A stretch of 63,649 nucleotides of DNA, the filler included, from Reticulomyxa filosa (Eukaryota; Protista; Foraminifera), in NCBI GenBank assembly GCA_000512085.1. It is 16 parts of 16 records of this genome, joined end to end, with 100 filler letters (N's around TTAATTAATTAA, not from the genome) between each part and the next. Parts side by side here need not be neighbours in the genome. Positions count along the whole stretch, not along the records: positions 1 to 11,649 come from ASPP01036932.1; positions 11,750 to 26,074 come from ASPP01027770.1; 14 more parts are not named here. One strand, 5' to 3'. This document shows, piece by piece, positions 1-18,059 of this stretch. The notes below the pieces were generated by a model, which did no database searches, was not told where the DNA came from, and saw only the letters and a list, made by a program, of their open reading frames with translations. The position numbers and the translations under genes were made by a program. Position 1 is the first letter of the stretch. Each line of letters opens with the position of its first letter.

Positions 1-877
1 ACAATATTTTTTTAAACAATTTTTGATATTTTCTTTTTTTTTTTTATGTATTCAGTGTTGATTTTTGTCATTTTGATTATTTTATTGCAGAAATATTGAT
101 TGGCAATCATTAGATAGAAGTTCTATAACAATAAGATCAAAATTTGGTGGAAGCATTTTAGTCTGGTCATGTTTTGGAGCATTATGAATATGTTATGCTT
201 GTAAGGTGGACGATGGAGTAAATACTTATATATATAACGAAGTTTTATCTAATGAAATCTAAATAAAGTCAATTGCTGGTTATAAAATAAAGAAAATTGG
301 ATTTTCAGCAAGGTAATGCAACATACCATAAATCGGAAAAAATTATGGAATAGTTAAAACAAAAAAAATGAAAAAAATGAATTTACTGCAAATTCGACTG
401 ATTTAAATACAATTGAAAATCTTTAGTGTATAGTAAAGACAATGATTCACAAAAAAGGACAATTTAATATTACTGAAAAACTTTAGAACGAATTTGAAAC
501 AAAATGAAAAAATTTAAACAAACATCTTTGAAACCTTAATAAAGTCTATGACAAAGAGAATACAGTCAGTTAAAAAGGCCAAAGGAGATATAACAAGTTG
601 TTAAACTTAAATTAATTTCTAAAAAAACAAATCTTATCATAATCAGACACCACAAAATTTTTTTTAAAAGTAAATTAAAGATTAAAATTTTGGAAAAAAT
701 TGTAAAGACTTAATAAAAAACTAAATTCAAAATGATATTTAAAAACTACACGATTTGTAGATATTTTTTTTAAATAAAAAAAAAAATTTTGATTAAATGT
801 TGTTTTTTCATTGATAAATACAATCATTTCTATAAGGTGGCATTTTATGTGTCAACTTTCTTTTTTATCCTACTGTA
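1..877 (+). mobile_element. Decayed Tc1/mariner DNA transposon, right part including candidate right TIR
   Basis: The transposase relic at 140-603 is followed by GTGTCAACTTTCTTTTTTATCCTACTG-TA (849-877). Its reverse complement TA-CAGTAGGATAAAAAAGAAAGTTGACAC has the CAGT start, A-run and TA target typical of Tc1 TIRs. Confidence 0.75.
140..603 (+). pseudogene. Tc1-like DDE transposase pseudogene (DDE_3 domain, C-terminal half)
   Basis: Manual translation across frameshifts gives KFGGSILVWSCFG, WIFQQGNATYHKS (cf. FQQDNAPxH), ANSTDLNTIENL* (cf. SPDLNPIENLW) and LIKSMTKRIQSVKKAKGDITSC* (cf. LVxSMPRRxxAVIKAKGxxTKY). It has stops, frameshifts and a D->G change at the second catalytic Asp. Confidence 0.88.
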
Positions 878-1967
878 TTAGCTATGATAAGAAGAAAAAA
901 CTACTTGTTTTTACGACAGAAACTGTTTCTATCATAAGATCTACTTACTGGTTGGGATTAATGATTCTTTAACTCAGGAGAACTGTATTGTGGTTGTATG
1001 TTGCCATCATTTAAAAGTTTGCTTTGAAGCTATTATCTCAATTCTATATTTTTCTTTGAAAGCGCAAAGGGGACCAGTGGATTGTATTTGAAGAACAATT
1101 ATTTTGAATAACTTTTTACAAAAAATTTTATAATTTTAAACTTTTATAATTATCAGTTTAAACTATGATTTCTTTTATTGCACACATTTTGCAGTATCTT
1201 GTTCTGAAATAGCCAAGTTATTATTTCTAATTCAAAACCACAATTGAAAAAAGATATAAAATCGTCAAAAAAATTGAAACAATAGTGAAAGGAGCGATTT
1301 GTGCAAGACACTTCAAGCACAAAAACACGAAGCATAATTCTAAATAAAAACCTAATGCAACATCTAAGAGATCATTGGAAGACAAAAACAAAAACCAAAG
1401 TAAAAAAAAAAATGCTTGTAGTAAATATAAACAGCATATATAAAAGATATAAAGAAAAACTAAAGGCAAACTCAACTACAAAATAGTGAGAACAATGTCG
1501 GATCTTGTGTTTGAAATTTGAAGCTAGAAATGTCAAATTTACACATTAGTTACCAACAAAGAAGGCTTTCTGACACAAAACAACACAAACAGAAAGCAAA
1601 AAAAATTGTTTCTTGAAAGGCATGCGATAGTTTTTACGCACATTTTGTTCAACAGTGATTTTAAAACTTGCAGGAGAACTTCCAAATTACACTATTTTCT
1701 CTCTTTTCTTTCGCACTTTTTAATCCCGTGTTGTTATTATGAAAAAATGAAACCAAGAAAAATAAACACAAAATACAGAGTTACTAAGTAATTACACAGA
1801 AAAAAAAAATCAATAAACAAACAAAAAGAAACGAACCTGATGAACCTGGATTTTTTTGGTCGTCATACAATTTTGGAATGTTTATATAACCTAAACTCCC
1901 ATCCACAATCAGATGACAAATATAGGGATATCTCGCTTAAATATAAAAGAAAAACACTTTTTTTCGC

Positions 1968-4359
1968 CTAAAAAAAAATACCATTACACTGTGCACTACA
2001 ATAAAATGTTGGCATAAAAGATGTGGGGTTAGCATTGGGCAGTGCCGTATTAGTGTTAATATCAAAAGATGGCATAGTATCAAACGTGATAGTTTCGGCA
2101 TTACGAAACTGAATCCTGTCAACGAATGACTTGATTTTATCAGTTTGATTGACCAATTGCTCATTGTTTTCATCATTTTGTTTTTTAATGCTCGCCTTTT
2201 GCTTTTGTTTTCGAGCTTTTGAGTTCTCACCAGCAATCAAATTTAAAGTGCTACCTTGGTGGTTAAGAAGAGAAAAGTTATCGTTGGAAAACTGTAAATC
2301 CCTTCCGGTGCTTGTTTGTGGATCATCACTCGTAGCACGTGGCTTCGTTGATTGAATATTTTCATGTGACATCCTGGGATATTTGTCCTCGCATTTTTTT
2401 GTCTCATTTAAATTGACTGTTTTTTCATCATGTCTATTGCTGTCATCAGCGAATGCGACATGTGCAACATTTGTTTCAGACCGACTTGCAGTTGTATTCG
2501 TGTTGCCATCTGTATTGTTTCTGGCAAGTAACGATTGCTCCATCGATTTTGTCGGTCCAATATCAATACATTCCACATCTTGAACAGTAAAGGAGGAAGT
2601 TGAATTATTATACGTAGCTTTGCCATTGCCATGCGATATCCATTTTTGAATTACTTGCTCCATTTCCACATCTTCTGTCAAGCGTTCTTTATTCAAAGAT
2701 GCCAACATCTAATTCACAATAACACATTGGAAAAAAAAATTTATTGTAAAAAAAAATAAAAATTTTTTTTTTGACGTTACGTTTCCTGTCTTCCTTTTTT
2801 GCCTAATGTCTTCTTTTAAAATGGGACATAAACAAAAATGTTGGTTAAAGTAAAACAACTAACAGAACGCAATTGCGGTGGGATGACTTTTGGAAACACG
2901 ACCTCAAATTGCACGAACAAATGCCCACGAATGGTCGGTTGCCACGGATCGGGGACGCCTTCATTGGGAATGCACTTTATGCTGTAGGGCTCAATAGTGC
3001 AAATTGGATCACAATGAATTCGCAAGAGCCGCCGATCTGGTGTTACAATTGCAAATTTGTAACCCGTCCCAAGGGCATCAACTAGGTTAATTTTTTTCTT
3101 CATAAATAAATTGTTTCCTAGTTGTTTTTTTTATTAGTAACGCACACTAAATTTATGCACTTTTTTTTTTTTTTTTTTGACGCATTCGAAATACACACCT
3201 TCTCTGACAAATTTGCCATGTGGAATTTCATGCAACACGACAATGACATCTCCTGGAATTGTGTCTTTCTATTAATATTTTTGAATATTGTCGTATCTTT
3301 TTTTTATTGTTCTCTTCTCTCCAGCCAATAAAAAAAAAAATACGTGTACGTCACATGAAGAGAAACATTGGTGTAAAACGAAAGGTGGTGTCTTCACCCA
3401 ACAAAAAAAAAAAAAAAAAGACAACAACAACGTGTACATGTAGTGGCAGGCTTATGCCTGTCCACTTCGGATACAAAACTGCCATGACTTGGTCACCTTG
3501 GCACGGAAAGGTGATGGTATGACCATGTTGTTTTCCTTGGATATGAAACACCAACAAAGCTTCACATGGAGTAACCCCGGTAGAATTACAAGAGCTGCAT
3601 GTTTTCAAACTTGCTTTTGCGTCGGACGCTATCACCGATTGCTGTTGTTGTGCATTTGACAACATAAAAAGTTGCTCCCTCACTTTTTCTTCCTGGGCAC
3701 GAATGGAATCGAGCCCAAACTTGTGGACATCTTCAGGTGCGTAAATCACTTCCCGAGCTTTCTGTTTCTCATTACAAGCCGATTCTAAATTACATTTCGC
3801 TTCGTTAATGCTCTTGTTGCCATTGCATTGTATTCTCCCTAAGCCGTGACATTGCGAGCACAATCGATTGCGAACAATACTCATCGTCATTGGCTCTGAA
3901 CGTAAGAAATGACTAAGTTCAACCTTTTTATTGCAAATTTATTTATTCATTTTTTTTTTTTTGTACGTTCCAAAGCAAGAATAAATAATGAAAATTTCGT
4001 TAAATAAACTTTGAGATGAACAAAAGCAGGTTCGCCTTTTTTCCATCTTTTGTTTTTTTGCAGTATCCCCTGCGTAGTGAAACCGACGCCTTCCAAAGGA
4101 TGGACAACCTAATTTGCATGTGCACAAAAAACATCGATTCCAAACGAGGAAAAATTCCAATCAAACAACAAGAAAGATAAAGCATTTTGTTGTCTGTAGA
4201 TAAATTCGGAATGCAGACTGAATATACTACCAAAATGATTGCACGTACGGAAAAGAAAAAAAAGGTATTCCAACTCACTTGGTCTTCAGACACCTCTGAA
4301 AATGTACGTTTTCGTGAATGGAGTGCATTGAAACCGACCAATTTTGACGCGATATCCAT
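1968..4359 (-). CDS. Multi-exon DnaJ/Hsp40 class A-like protein (Zn-finger region plus C-terminal substrate-binding domains, long low-complexity tail); no J domain seen
   Basis: Spliced reading: MDIASK...SEDQ | VVHP...KKGEPAFVHLK | VELSHFL...RNRLCSQCHGLG...CSSCNSTG...HGHTITFPCQGDQ | KDTIPGDVIVVLHEIPHGKFVREG | NLFMKKKINLVDAL...IPNEGVP...RGHLFVQFEVVFP. These match DNAJA C-terminal motifs. The 3' end is uncertain and further exons may reach about 1550. Confidence 0.8.
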
Positions 4360-4707
4360 GGCATGGAAGAACAGAGCGCGACTTGCGTAGAACTAAGGTG
4401 GCCGTTTTTGTAGCCCGAGAGTTTTTCTTGAAGTTTTTCCCTTCCAAACACTGGCAAAAACTAAAAGCAAAATACAATCGTTGTTAACTTTATTAATGGC
4501 AATAAACATCTCAGTATTTACATTTTAAACAAAATCAAAACAATTGACAGTTTCTGCGGTAAACTATCCTTTTACAGCGACGCGAAGATTTATTTTAAAA
4601 TTACTTACGTTGTTCTCAAAATCTAACAAAAAACCAGAGAATTTGTTTGTTTGAAGTTCTTTAGACAAAACTGCAAAGGGTCAAATTATCATCATATTGA
4701 CATTCCA

Positions 4708-5494
4708 ATGAGTAAAGACGATACTGATAGTAATGATATAACGTCAAAGAATGAAACAAGTAAATCTCACGTGCGTATCTACACACGAAGAGGAGACAAA
4801 GGCATGTCTTCTTTGTACAATCGCGAAAAGCGCTTGAAAAATGATCCTGTGTTCGAAGCATTAGGAGATGCGGATGAATTGAATGCTGCCATTGGTATTG
4901 CCGTGCATTATTGCACTGAGGTATGAAGTTGTTCTGTAACAAGAGAGTTGTGAATAAGCAAAGCAAAATATAACAAGGAGACGGACACACAACATATTTA
5001 TGAAAGTCAAAAAATGGACTAACCGACAAGTTAGCAAATATTCAATCACGTTTGCTGGACATTGGAAGCGCAATAGCGACACCATTAACTAGCAAGAAAA
5101 CTAAGACAGAACAAATAGAAATAGCTGCATTTAAGAAAGGAAAGGAGTATATTATTGAAATGGAGCGTTGGATTGATGAAATGGAGAGTAAATTGCCACC
5201 GTTGACTAATTTCATATTACCATCTGGTGGATTGGCATCTTCACATTTGCATTTAGCAAGAGCTATTGCCCGTCGATTTGAACGTCATTTGGTCACATTA
5301 AAAACTACTGGAGATCTGGATGAAACAGCCTGTGCTTATGTCAACAGGTAGATTTTATTATTTCTTGGATATTTTCAATAAGTTGAAATTTTATTGTGTC
5401 GCATAGGCTCTCTGATTTTTTGTTTGTGGCTGCAAGATATGCCGCACAACATGACAAAGTCCCTGAAACCGTGTATCAAAAAGAGAGAAAGTGA
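4708..5494 (+). CDS. MMAB: ATP:cob(I)alamin adenosyltransferase, PduO/MMAB type (3 exons)
   Basis: Motifs IYTRRGDKGMSSL, FEALGDADELNAAIG, IQSRLLDIGSAIATP, LPPLTNFILPSGG, HLARAIARRFER and YVNR|LSDFLFVAARY. GT-AG introns at about 4921-5006 and 5348-5406; stop TGA at 5492-5494. Confidence 0.93.
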
Positions 5495-5797
5495 AACCAA
5501 CTTCAATTTACTTAATATTTTTTTCCCATAGTTTTTGGTTTATTTGTGATCTATTGGTTTCATCATTCGATTGGTGACCATATTTCTTATGCATTGTATT
5601 AAAATCTGGACACAATAAATGGTGGTGATATTCATATCCAAAAATTTGAGAAAAAATTCTGTATTTCAGAGCCGATAAATAAAGAGAATGATTTATTTTA
5701 AGCATTGTTCTTTTATTCCTTTTATAGACGAAAAAGTTAATGAATACCCTCAGTGGGGCTGAAATCTGCCAAAAAATTTTAAACTTCTTTTTAAAAA

Positions 5798-11649
<5,852 letters not shown>

Positions 11650-11749
11650 NNNNNNNNNNNNNNNNNNNNNNNNNNNNNNNNNNNNNNNNNNNNTTAATTA
11701 ATTAANNNNNNNNNNNNNNNNNNNNNNNNNNNNNNNNNNNNNNNNNNNN
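11650..11749. other. Artificial contig linker (N-run, TTAATTAATTAA, N-run); first of 15
   Basis: The same 100-nt cassette with stops in all six frames recurs at about 11650, 26074, 29894, 31773, 37084, 39757, 40942, 43234, 45263, 49525, 52005, 53774, 55320, 57314 and 62550. Sequences on either side are unrelated. Confidence 0.97.
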
Positions 11750-12989
11750 CAAGAACAATCTTTTATTAAGATATTTCATTGATTATCAATCAATGGTTAA
11801 TTTATATTTCTATTAGGATATGCGTTTTAAAAATGGGTCTGTCCGACTATAGATATAGTTTGCTGTAAATAGAAAATTAAGAAAATTTGGAGTTATATCC
11901 AAAAAAAAAATCAATAAACAATGAATTCTTGCAAAAGTTTGGAAAAGAGATTGGAATATCAAGTGATGAACTATATAAAATCCATTGAACAAATTATCAC
12001 TTTTGTCTCAGCGAAAGGAGTATTAACTGAAAAACAAAAAAACCCCTAAAACTAGCAGCAATCAATGAATTATGCTTTCAATAACAAATATTGCAAAGTT
12101 TCGATGAACTCAACAGTAAAAGGGACTTTAAAAAAAATTGGACCCATTAGCGAAAACGAAGTTGGGGTAGGAAGAAAAAGAGGGATAAGAAAAAGAGAGG
12201 GCTAAACTCAATATTACTGCCTACTGGTAATTTCGATTTGGATATCCAACATATGTCACTTGTGTAATTTCTTTGCATTTCTTTTTGTAATTTATTATCT
12301 TATTGTCCATTGCATTTGCTCATATTGCTATGAAGGGTTTAAATCCTTCTTTTTTTACTGCTGTTTCTAATTTCGGAAATTGTATATATTTGGATAAAAA
12401 AATTCTTTTTCTGAACTAACGTAAAGAAAAGGAAAAAAAATGTACTTTTGACTTGTATTATTTGAAGGAAGAAGCATAGTAACAACGATTTACGATAAAA
12501 CTTTGTGCAAACTAATAATGTAGTCAATTGTAAATGCTTCTTTAAATACTATACTTTCAAATGTTCTAGGAGCAATAATATTTCAAAAAAAAAAGTACTA
12601 AACTAGATATGAACATTTTGTCATTTATCATGCAAGGAAAATCATGACCAGAAAGATTTTTTATTATTGCAAAAAATTTCGTCGTTCCCTTTTCACTCAA
12701 AAAAATGAAGTAGTTTTTTTTCTGTTCCTGAACTAGACAAGAAAAATGCAAAGAATAGCGTAATCAATAATATATAGTTTTTTCAATAAAATAATTCAAT
12801 TTTAAATTGTAGAGATTGAATTTTTTTATATGTTGATTATTTTGACATCATCCAAAAGTTTAGTGTTACTTTTGAGCAAAAAGAATTCTGCAAAATTTTC
12901 AAAATAATTTTAAAAAAATTATACGTACTTTTGTTGATCAAACTTTTTTCTCAAGGGAAACTTGTTCAACTTTTTATGTCCATCATGAA

Positions 12990-13646
12990 ATGTGTGTTAC
13001 TCAAAATGCCTGCAATCCATTATCCTACTGTCCTCCATCACGACTTGTAACAAAAGTTTTAAAGGAAAGAGACGCTGTCAAAGTTATTTTTATTTTGATT
13101 TTTTTTAGCAAACATAATACAATTTATTTGTCATGTTTTTTTTAAAAAAGAAAATAGACGATTCGAAAAAATGATAGAGGAGTTACAAGTCTGATAAAAA
13201 ATTTGAAAAATGAAATTGACGACAACACCAAAAGAATGAGGGAAAAAGATACTCGGCTGATTGAATTGCAACAACAACTACGTGAATTAAGTGAGGACAA
13301 AAGCGAAATGCAAAGGAATTTGAAGTACTTGAATGAACAAGCCGGCAGTGTGACCGAAATTGGATCGAAACTGGACTCGGGTTTTGCCAAATTAAACGAA
13401 GATAAAATCCAATTGAAACATAAGGTACAAGAGTGGAAGCAAAAATATGAAACGTTGGAAAAAGGATCCAAAGAGGACGTGCAAATTGAAAAATTGAAAT
13501 ACGACGATACTCACAACAAATTGAATGAATTAACAAAGATAATTTTATGTTGTTGTCATGTGGATTTTGAAGTCAAGAAAAAATACTTGAAACTCCAAAA
13601 TAGAGTAACTCCAAAATTTGTTGACAAACAAAATTGTTTCAATTAA
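12990..13646 (+). CDS. Hypothetical coiled-coil protein (probably 2 exons)
   Basis: Candidate exon 1 MCVTQNAC...KERDAVK, a GT..AG intron at about 13083-13157, then the E/K/L-rich heptad ORF ending at 13646. Confidence 0.5.
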
Positions 13647-14784
13647 AAACCAGATTGTAATATGCAAAAACTGATCAAAAACACAAATTGACTACTATTG
13701 AAAAAAAAAAGAATATTCACAAAATATTACAATCAAAAAGTATGATCGCAAAACAAAAATATCAACAATAGTACTAAACACAAATGGACTTGTAGTATAC
13801 AATTAAATATACTGCACTTTTTTTGCTTTGAAAAAATAAAAAAATTTAATAAACACAAAATATATTTTCTTTTTTGCAAAAATTAGAATGTAAATTTAAA
13901 AAAATACATTTGCGCAATTACTTGAATTCACTTGCCTTGATTTAGTCATGCATAAATAAAAATAGTAATATAGTTTATAGTTTTTTTCAAAGTAAGAAAA
14001 AAAGGGCCAAAAATAAAAAACGTTCTATAACTGACAAATGTTTTTATATTATTAAGTCTAGATCAGCAATTGATTTTTTTGGTTGATGTAATTCAATTTA
14101 TTCTTAAATTCATCTGAAAACACAGTTTAATTTATGGAATCAAAGTGATTTTATTCTATCATTGAACGATCTTCAAAAAGAAGAATAATTCACAACAAAC
14201 TAATCATTTTTTAAAAAAAGTAAATGAAATTTTTGAATTATGGAGTCAACCTAGGTTAGAAAAAAAAGTTATAACAAATAAAAAAAATATATTATAAAAA
14301 AAAATAGAAGAACAATGAATGAATGGACATTGCTTGATTATAAATATTTTGAACAAATGAAACAATAGAAACATATTTTTTCACAATTTGAATTTAAAAA
14401 ACTTACAATGATAGCTATAAACGTATTTGTGCTCACCATTCTAAAATATATATAATAACGATAACATTTGCAAACATTAAGACTGCATCTTAAGATCAAA
14501 GTATGTAATTTACATCTTTTTGTACTACAGATTCTAACAGTGGAATATTTTAGTTATATCTTTATGCATAAGCAAAGGAGTATTAAAAATTTATCAGCAA
14601 ATATTTTTGTTTTTTTAAAGTGGCAAGGAAAGAATTGATGCTGTTAAAAATTTGGAAACAAAGTAAAAAAAAATAAAAAATTGATTCATACCTATGTAAT
14701 TCAAAGAAAAAAACTTTACACAAAAATTGTCAAATACCCATTTAACCCAAGAAAAAAACTGCACAAAACAAAAGTAAATAAAAA

Positions 14785-15190
14785 TCATTTTGAATTTTTA
14801 ACATATTCTTTAATTTTTTGTTTTAAAGAATAATCGGGATAAAGTCTAACTTTCCATTTATTAGCAAAGACTTATAATTTGAGATCATTTGAAAGTTATT
14901 TATAATTGATGAACGGTCATAAATTATCCCATTTAAGGCAATCACAGGATCCACCATAATTGAATTTGATAATGGACATAAATATTCTTTTGGAATCACT
15001 TGTTGAGAGTGATACCCTTGAACAGGATAAATTGGATATTTTTTACGGATTTCGGTAATATAAATAGCTTGCTCCATTTTTTCTAATTGGAACTGTTTCT
15101 ACAATCCGCTGCATGTAAATTTGATAAAAATAATCCATTGATTTGCTTTTCTATCGCAATTTGATATAATTTTGTTATCTTAACTTTTTT
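14785..15190 (-). pseudogene. 5'-truncated, frameshifted SAM-like plus U-box fragment, paralogous to the 22975-25128 gene
   Basis: IPKEYLCPLSNSIMVDPVIALNGIIYDRSSI compared with IPGKYICPLSKLIMKEPVIALDGQTYDRKSI. After a frameshift it continues LYPDYSLKQKIKEY (cf. IYPNFALQKEIQEF). Upstream QINGLFLSNL matches QISGINLLYM. Confidence 0.8.
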
Positions 15191-15810
15191 GGCTTTCGGC
15201 AATGCTATTTGGGAGCAATCAGGGTTATGCTTAAACCTTTGGAAAAAAGAAGATTTGCAAAAAGTATGGATAGAAGAGGCAAAAAGAGGTTGTGATGCTT
15301 CGCCTTTTTCATTTGAAAAATATTTGGACAGGCGACGGGAGCAAGCAGAAGAAGTAAATATCTATGCATTTGTATATATATCACAACAATTGGAAAAGCC
15401 GAACATTAGACTTATTGATAGGCCAGCTATTGAACGACAGTCTAATGTTATTAGTAGCGTTGTGTTTTTGGTACAGTTTTTTGAACATTCGCAAAGTGCA
15501 AGACTCGCAGCAGTGGCGAAAGCAATTGGAACCGCAATTCAAGTCTTAGGTACAAGCGTTTGGCCAATCCAAAGTTGTTGGCCACTTTGAATTTTTCTGT
15601 TTACGCTATTCTCATCGTCATCCAAGCTGCATCCTACTTCTTGAAAACCTATTCTATGCTCAGCTTACGGAATCGTCTCAAATATACAAATATATAAACA
15701 GGTTATGCAATATGAGATGTATGTGAATCTGCACTAAGGGCAGCCTTCGTTGTTCGTTGCAACTATGCTTATTCAAGCATTTGCAGATGCCTTGGGTTTG
15801 TACAGATCAA
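15189..15810 (+). pseudogene. Unidentified degenerate coding fragment
   Basis: GC-richer coding-like sequence with overlapping broken ORFs, no ATG start and no recognisable motif. Confidence 0.3.
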
Positions 15811-16194
15811 AAAATTTTATATATTTTTTTTGTTTGCTTTAATGCCCCTTTCGAATAAATCCATTGCACTGTCTCGTTTATTTGCCGTCATTTTTTTTTT
15901 TTTTTTTGCAACATTGAGAGCGATAAATTTTTTTTTAATTGGAGGACATACAATTTTAATGAAATTGTAAATATGAAGTATAAATCGCCAATTTCCGTAT
16001 AATACAACCGCTTCAACTTTTTTACAAATGTAACTTATTTATTATAATGCTGAGCAAGTCCCTACTGTACGTGCGTAACATCGAGACATCACAATAAGAC
16101 TTGGAGTACAAAACTAAACAAGTTAACAAATGCAAAATCAATACAATATTCACAAGAAAAAGAAAGATCTTCGGTGTGCGTGACGTAGGAAATG

Positions 16195-16869
16195 TTATCC
16201 GAGTATGGCGTTGGTGATTAGATTTTGGGTGGTGGCATCGCTGCGTGTATAGTTGTAGCGTGCATTGGTCAGAGTGAACAAGGAAAAATTTAGTTTGCGA
16301 CATCCAAATGTGTTTGTGGACAATGTCGTGTTGCGATGATTGTCTTTTGTGTTGTCGTCGTCAAATTCGTAATCCTTCTTTTTTCTTTTTCTTCTGCGAC
16401 GAGGTCTTGACTTGGGTCTTCTTGATCTCGCTTCGGATGTCCAACAAAGGCTTCTTCTTTTGACTGTCGGCTTTTGATTGGTTGACATTGGAATTGGGGT
16501 TGATCTTGGCCGCACTCTTATCCTTCGTTGTTGTCGTTGTTCCAAGGAGGTGGATCTCGACTTGCTTCCACCCGCTTTTCCTGCTGTTCCTACTGCTCCG
16601 GTTCCTTTTCCAGGTTGCCACTTTTTACACTTAACGTATTACCTTGCGACTTGGCCGCAGACGTTGTTTTTTTACTGTTTGATTGGATGCCATCCTCTTT
16701 CTTCGTCGTCTTCTTCACGGCGGTGGACATAGTTTTTGTGGCTCCGTTGACGATTTGGATTGAGCGTGTTTTTGTTCACTCCTTTGTTTCCTGCTTTTGT
16801 CCTACTAGTTGTAGTCGTAGTCGTAGCCGTAGTTGTTGGCTTTTTATTCGACTTTGACTGACCTTCCAT
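16195..16869 (-). pseudogene. Lys/Thr-rich low-complexity coding-like region, frames broken
   Basis: Three overlapping minus-strand ORFs (16672-16887, 16361-16621, 16195-16545) with K/T/R-rich composition do not join cleanly. Confidence 0.35.
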
Positions 16870-18059
16870 CTCGTCTTTTTTTGTCACTGTCTTTTACATT
16901 TTAATTTTCTGAATTAAAAATTTTTTTGGTTGTAAAAAAACTCTTTAAAAAAAAAAACGATTGTCGATTGAAATTGTTTCTGAAGAAGAAATTGAACACT
17001 AAAAAAAAAAGAAAATTAATAGTCAGACATGAAATTTGTAGAAAATAAAAAATAGCAGTGTTTGCACTTGGTTGGCCAAAAAAAAAAAGAATCCAGATAT
17101 GTCTTTTAATAAAAGACAACAACAAAGCAAAAGCCAGGTTCTCACAGGGCAGTTCCAAGGATAGCTGGCTTTTGTTATATGATCAAAGGAAATGCACTTC
17201 GGAAGAGAAGGAAATGCGCTGGCTTGAAGAAAACGGACAATACGTCCTATCGAAAAAAATTGGAGGATAATAGAAAAAAAAATGAAAACATACATTCGCA
17301 TCATCCATCATCAACATATCGCAGCAACCAATCAAAATTTTTGGCGTTGGAAGGCGAAAAAACTGGATGTTAACAATTGATGACACTTCAGCCCAATACC
17401 ATTCTTAAAGAAATAAGTCAAGTTGAGAGAAAGTGATCTTTCTTGTATCTTTTTCTTTCACATGTGGCACTACATTTTAAAATATTTGTAATATGTATTA
17501 TATGAATTTTTGTTTAAAAAGTGATGCATTTTTTTTGTATTTTTAGAGTTGCGCATTCGCGAGGAGGTTAAAAAAATAGAAATAACAAATTAGACAATTT
17601 CGATAAATTTGAAATTTCAATAAAATGCATACCTTCTTTTTTACCAGTCCCAAAGTATTTTGTTGCTAATTGTTTACAAATTGATATTGATTTTTTTACG
17701 TGATCATTGTTTGTTATTTTTTAAAAAAGAAACAAGCATCCCAAAAGAAATGATTGTTTACGCTAAATCTTCCCCAGTGTCTTTCTTTAAAACTAATAAT
17801 GGTTGCAAAATCAAATATTTGGAGATATCATGGCACATTAGAAATAATAATGTAAGAGAAACTATCATGTACAAGTTATCTTTGAAAAAAAATGAAAAAA
17901 GAGATTAAAATAACACACAAAGAAAACACGTACATAATACTCGCAATGGCTTCGAGAAATTGTTGAACACAAAGAATTTTTTTTAGCTAAAAAAAAAATT
18001 TGGTTTCGGAATTTTGTGTATTTCTACAATATTTGTCACTAGTTTTTTTGCAATATTCA

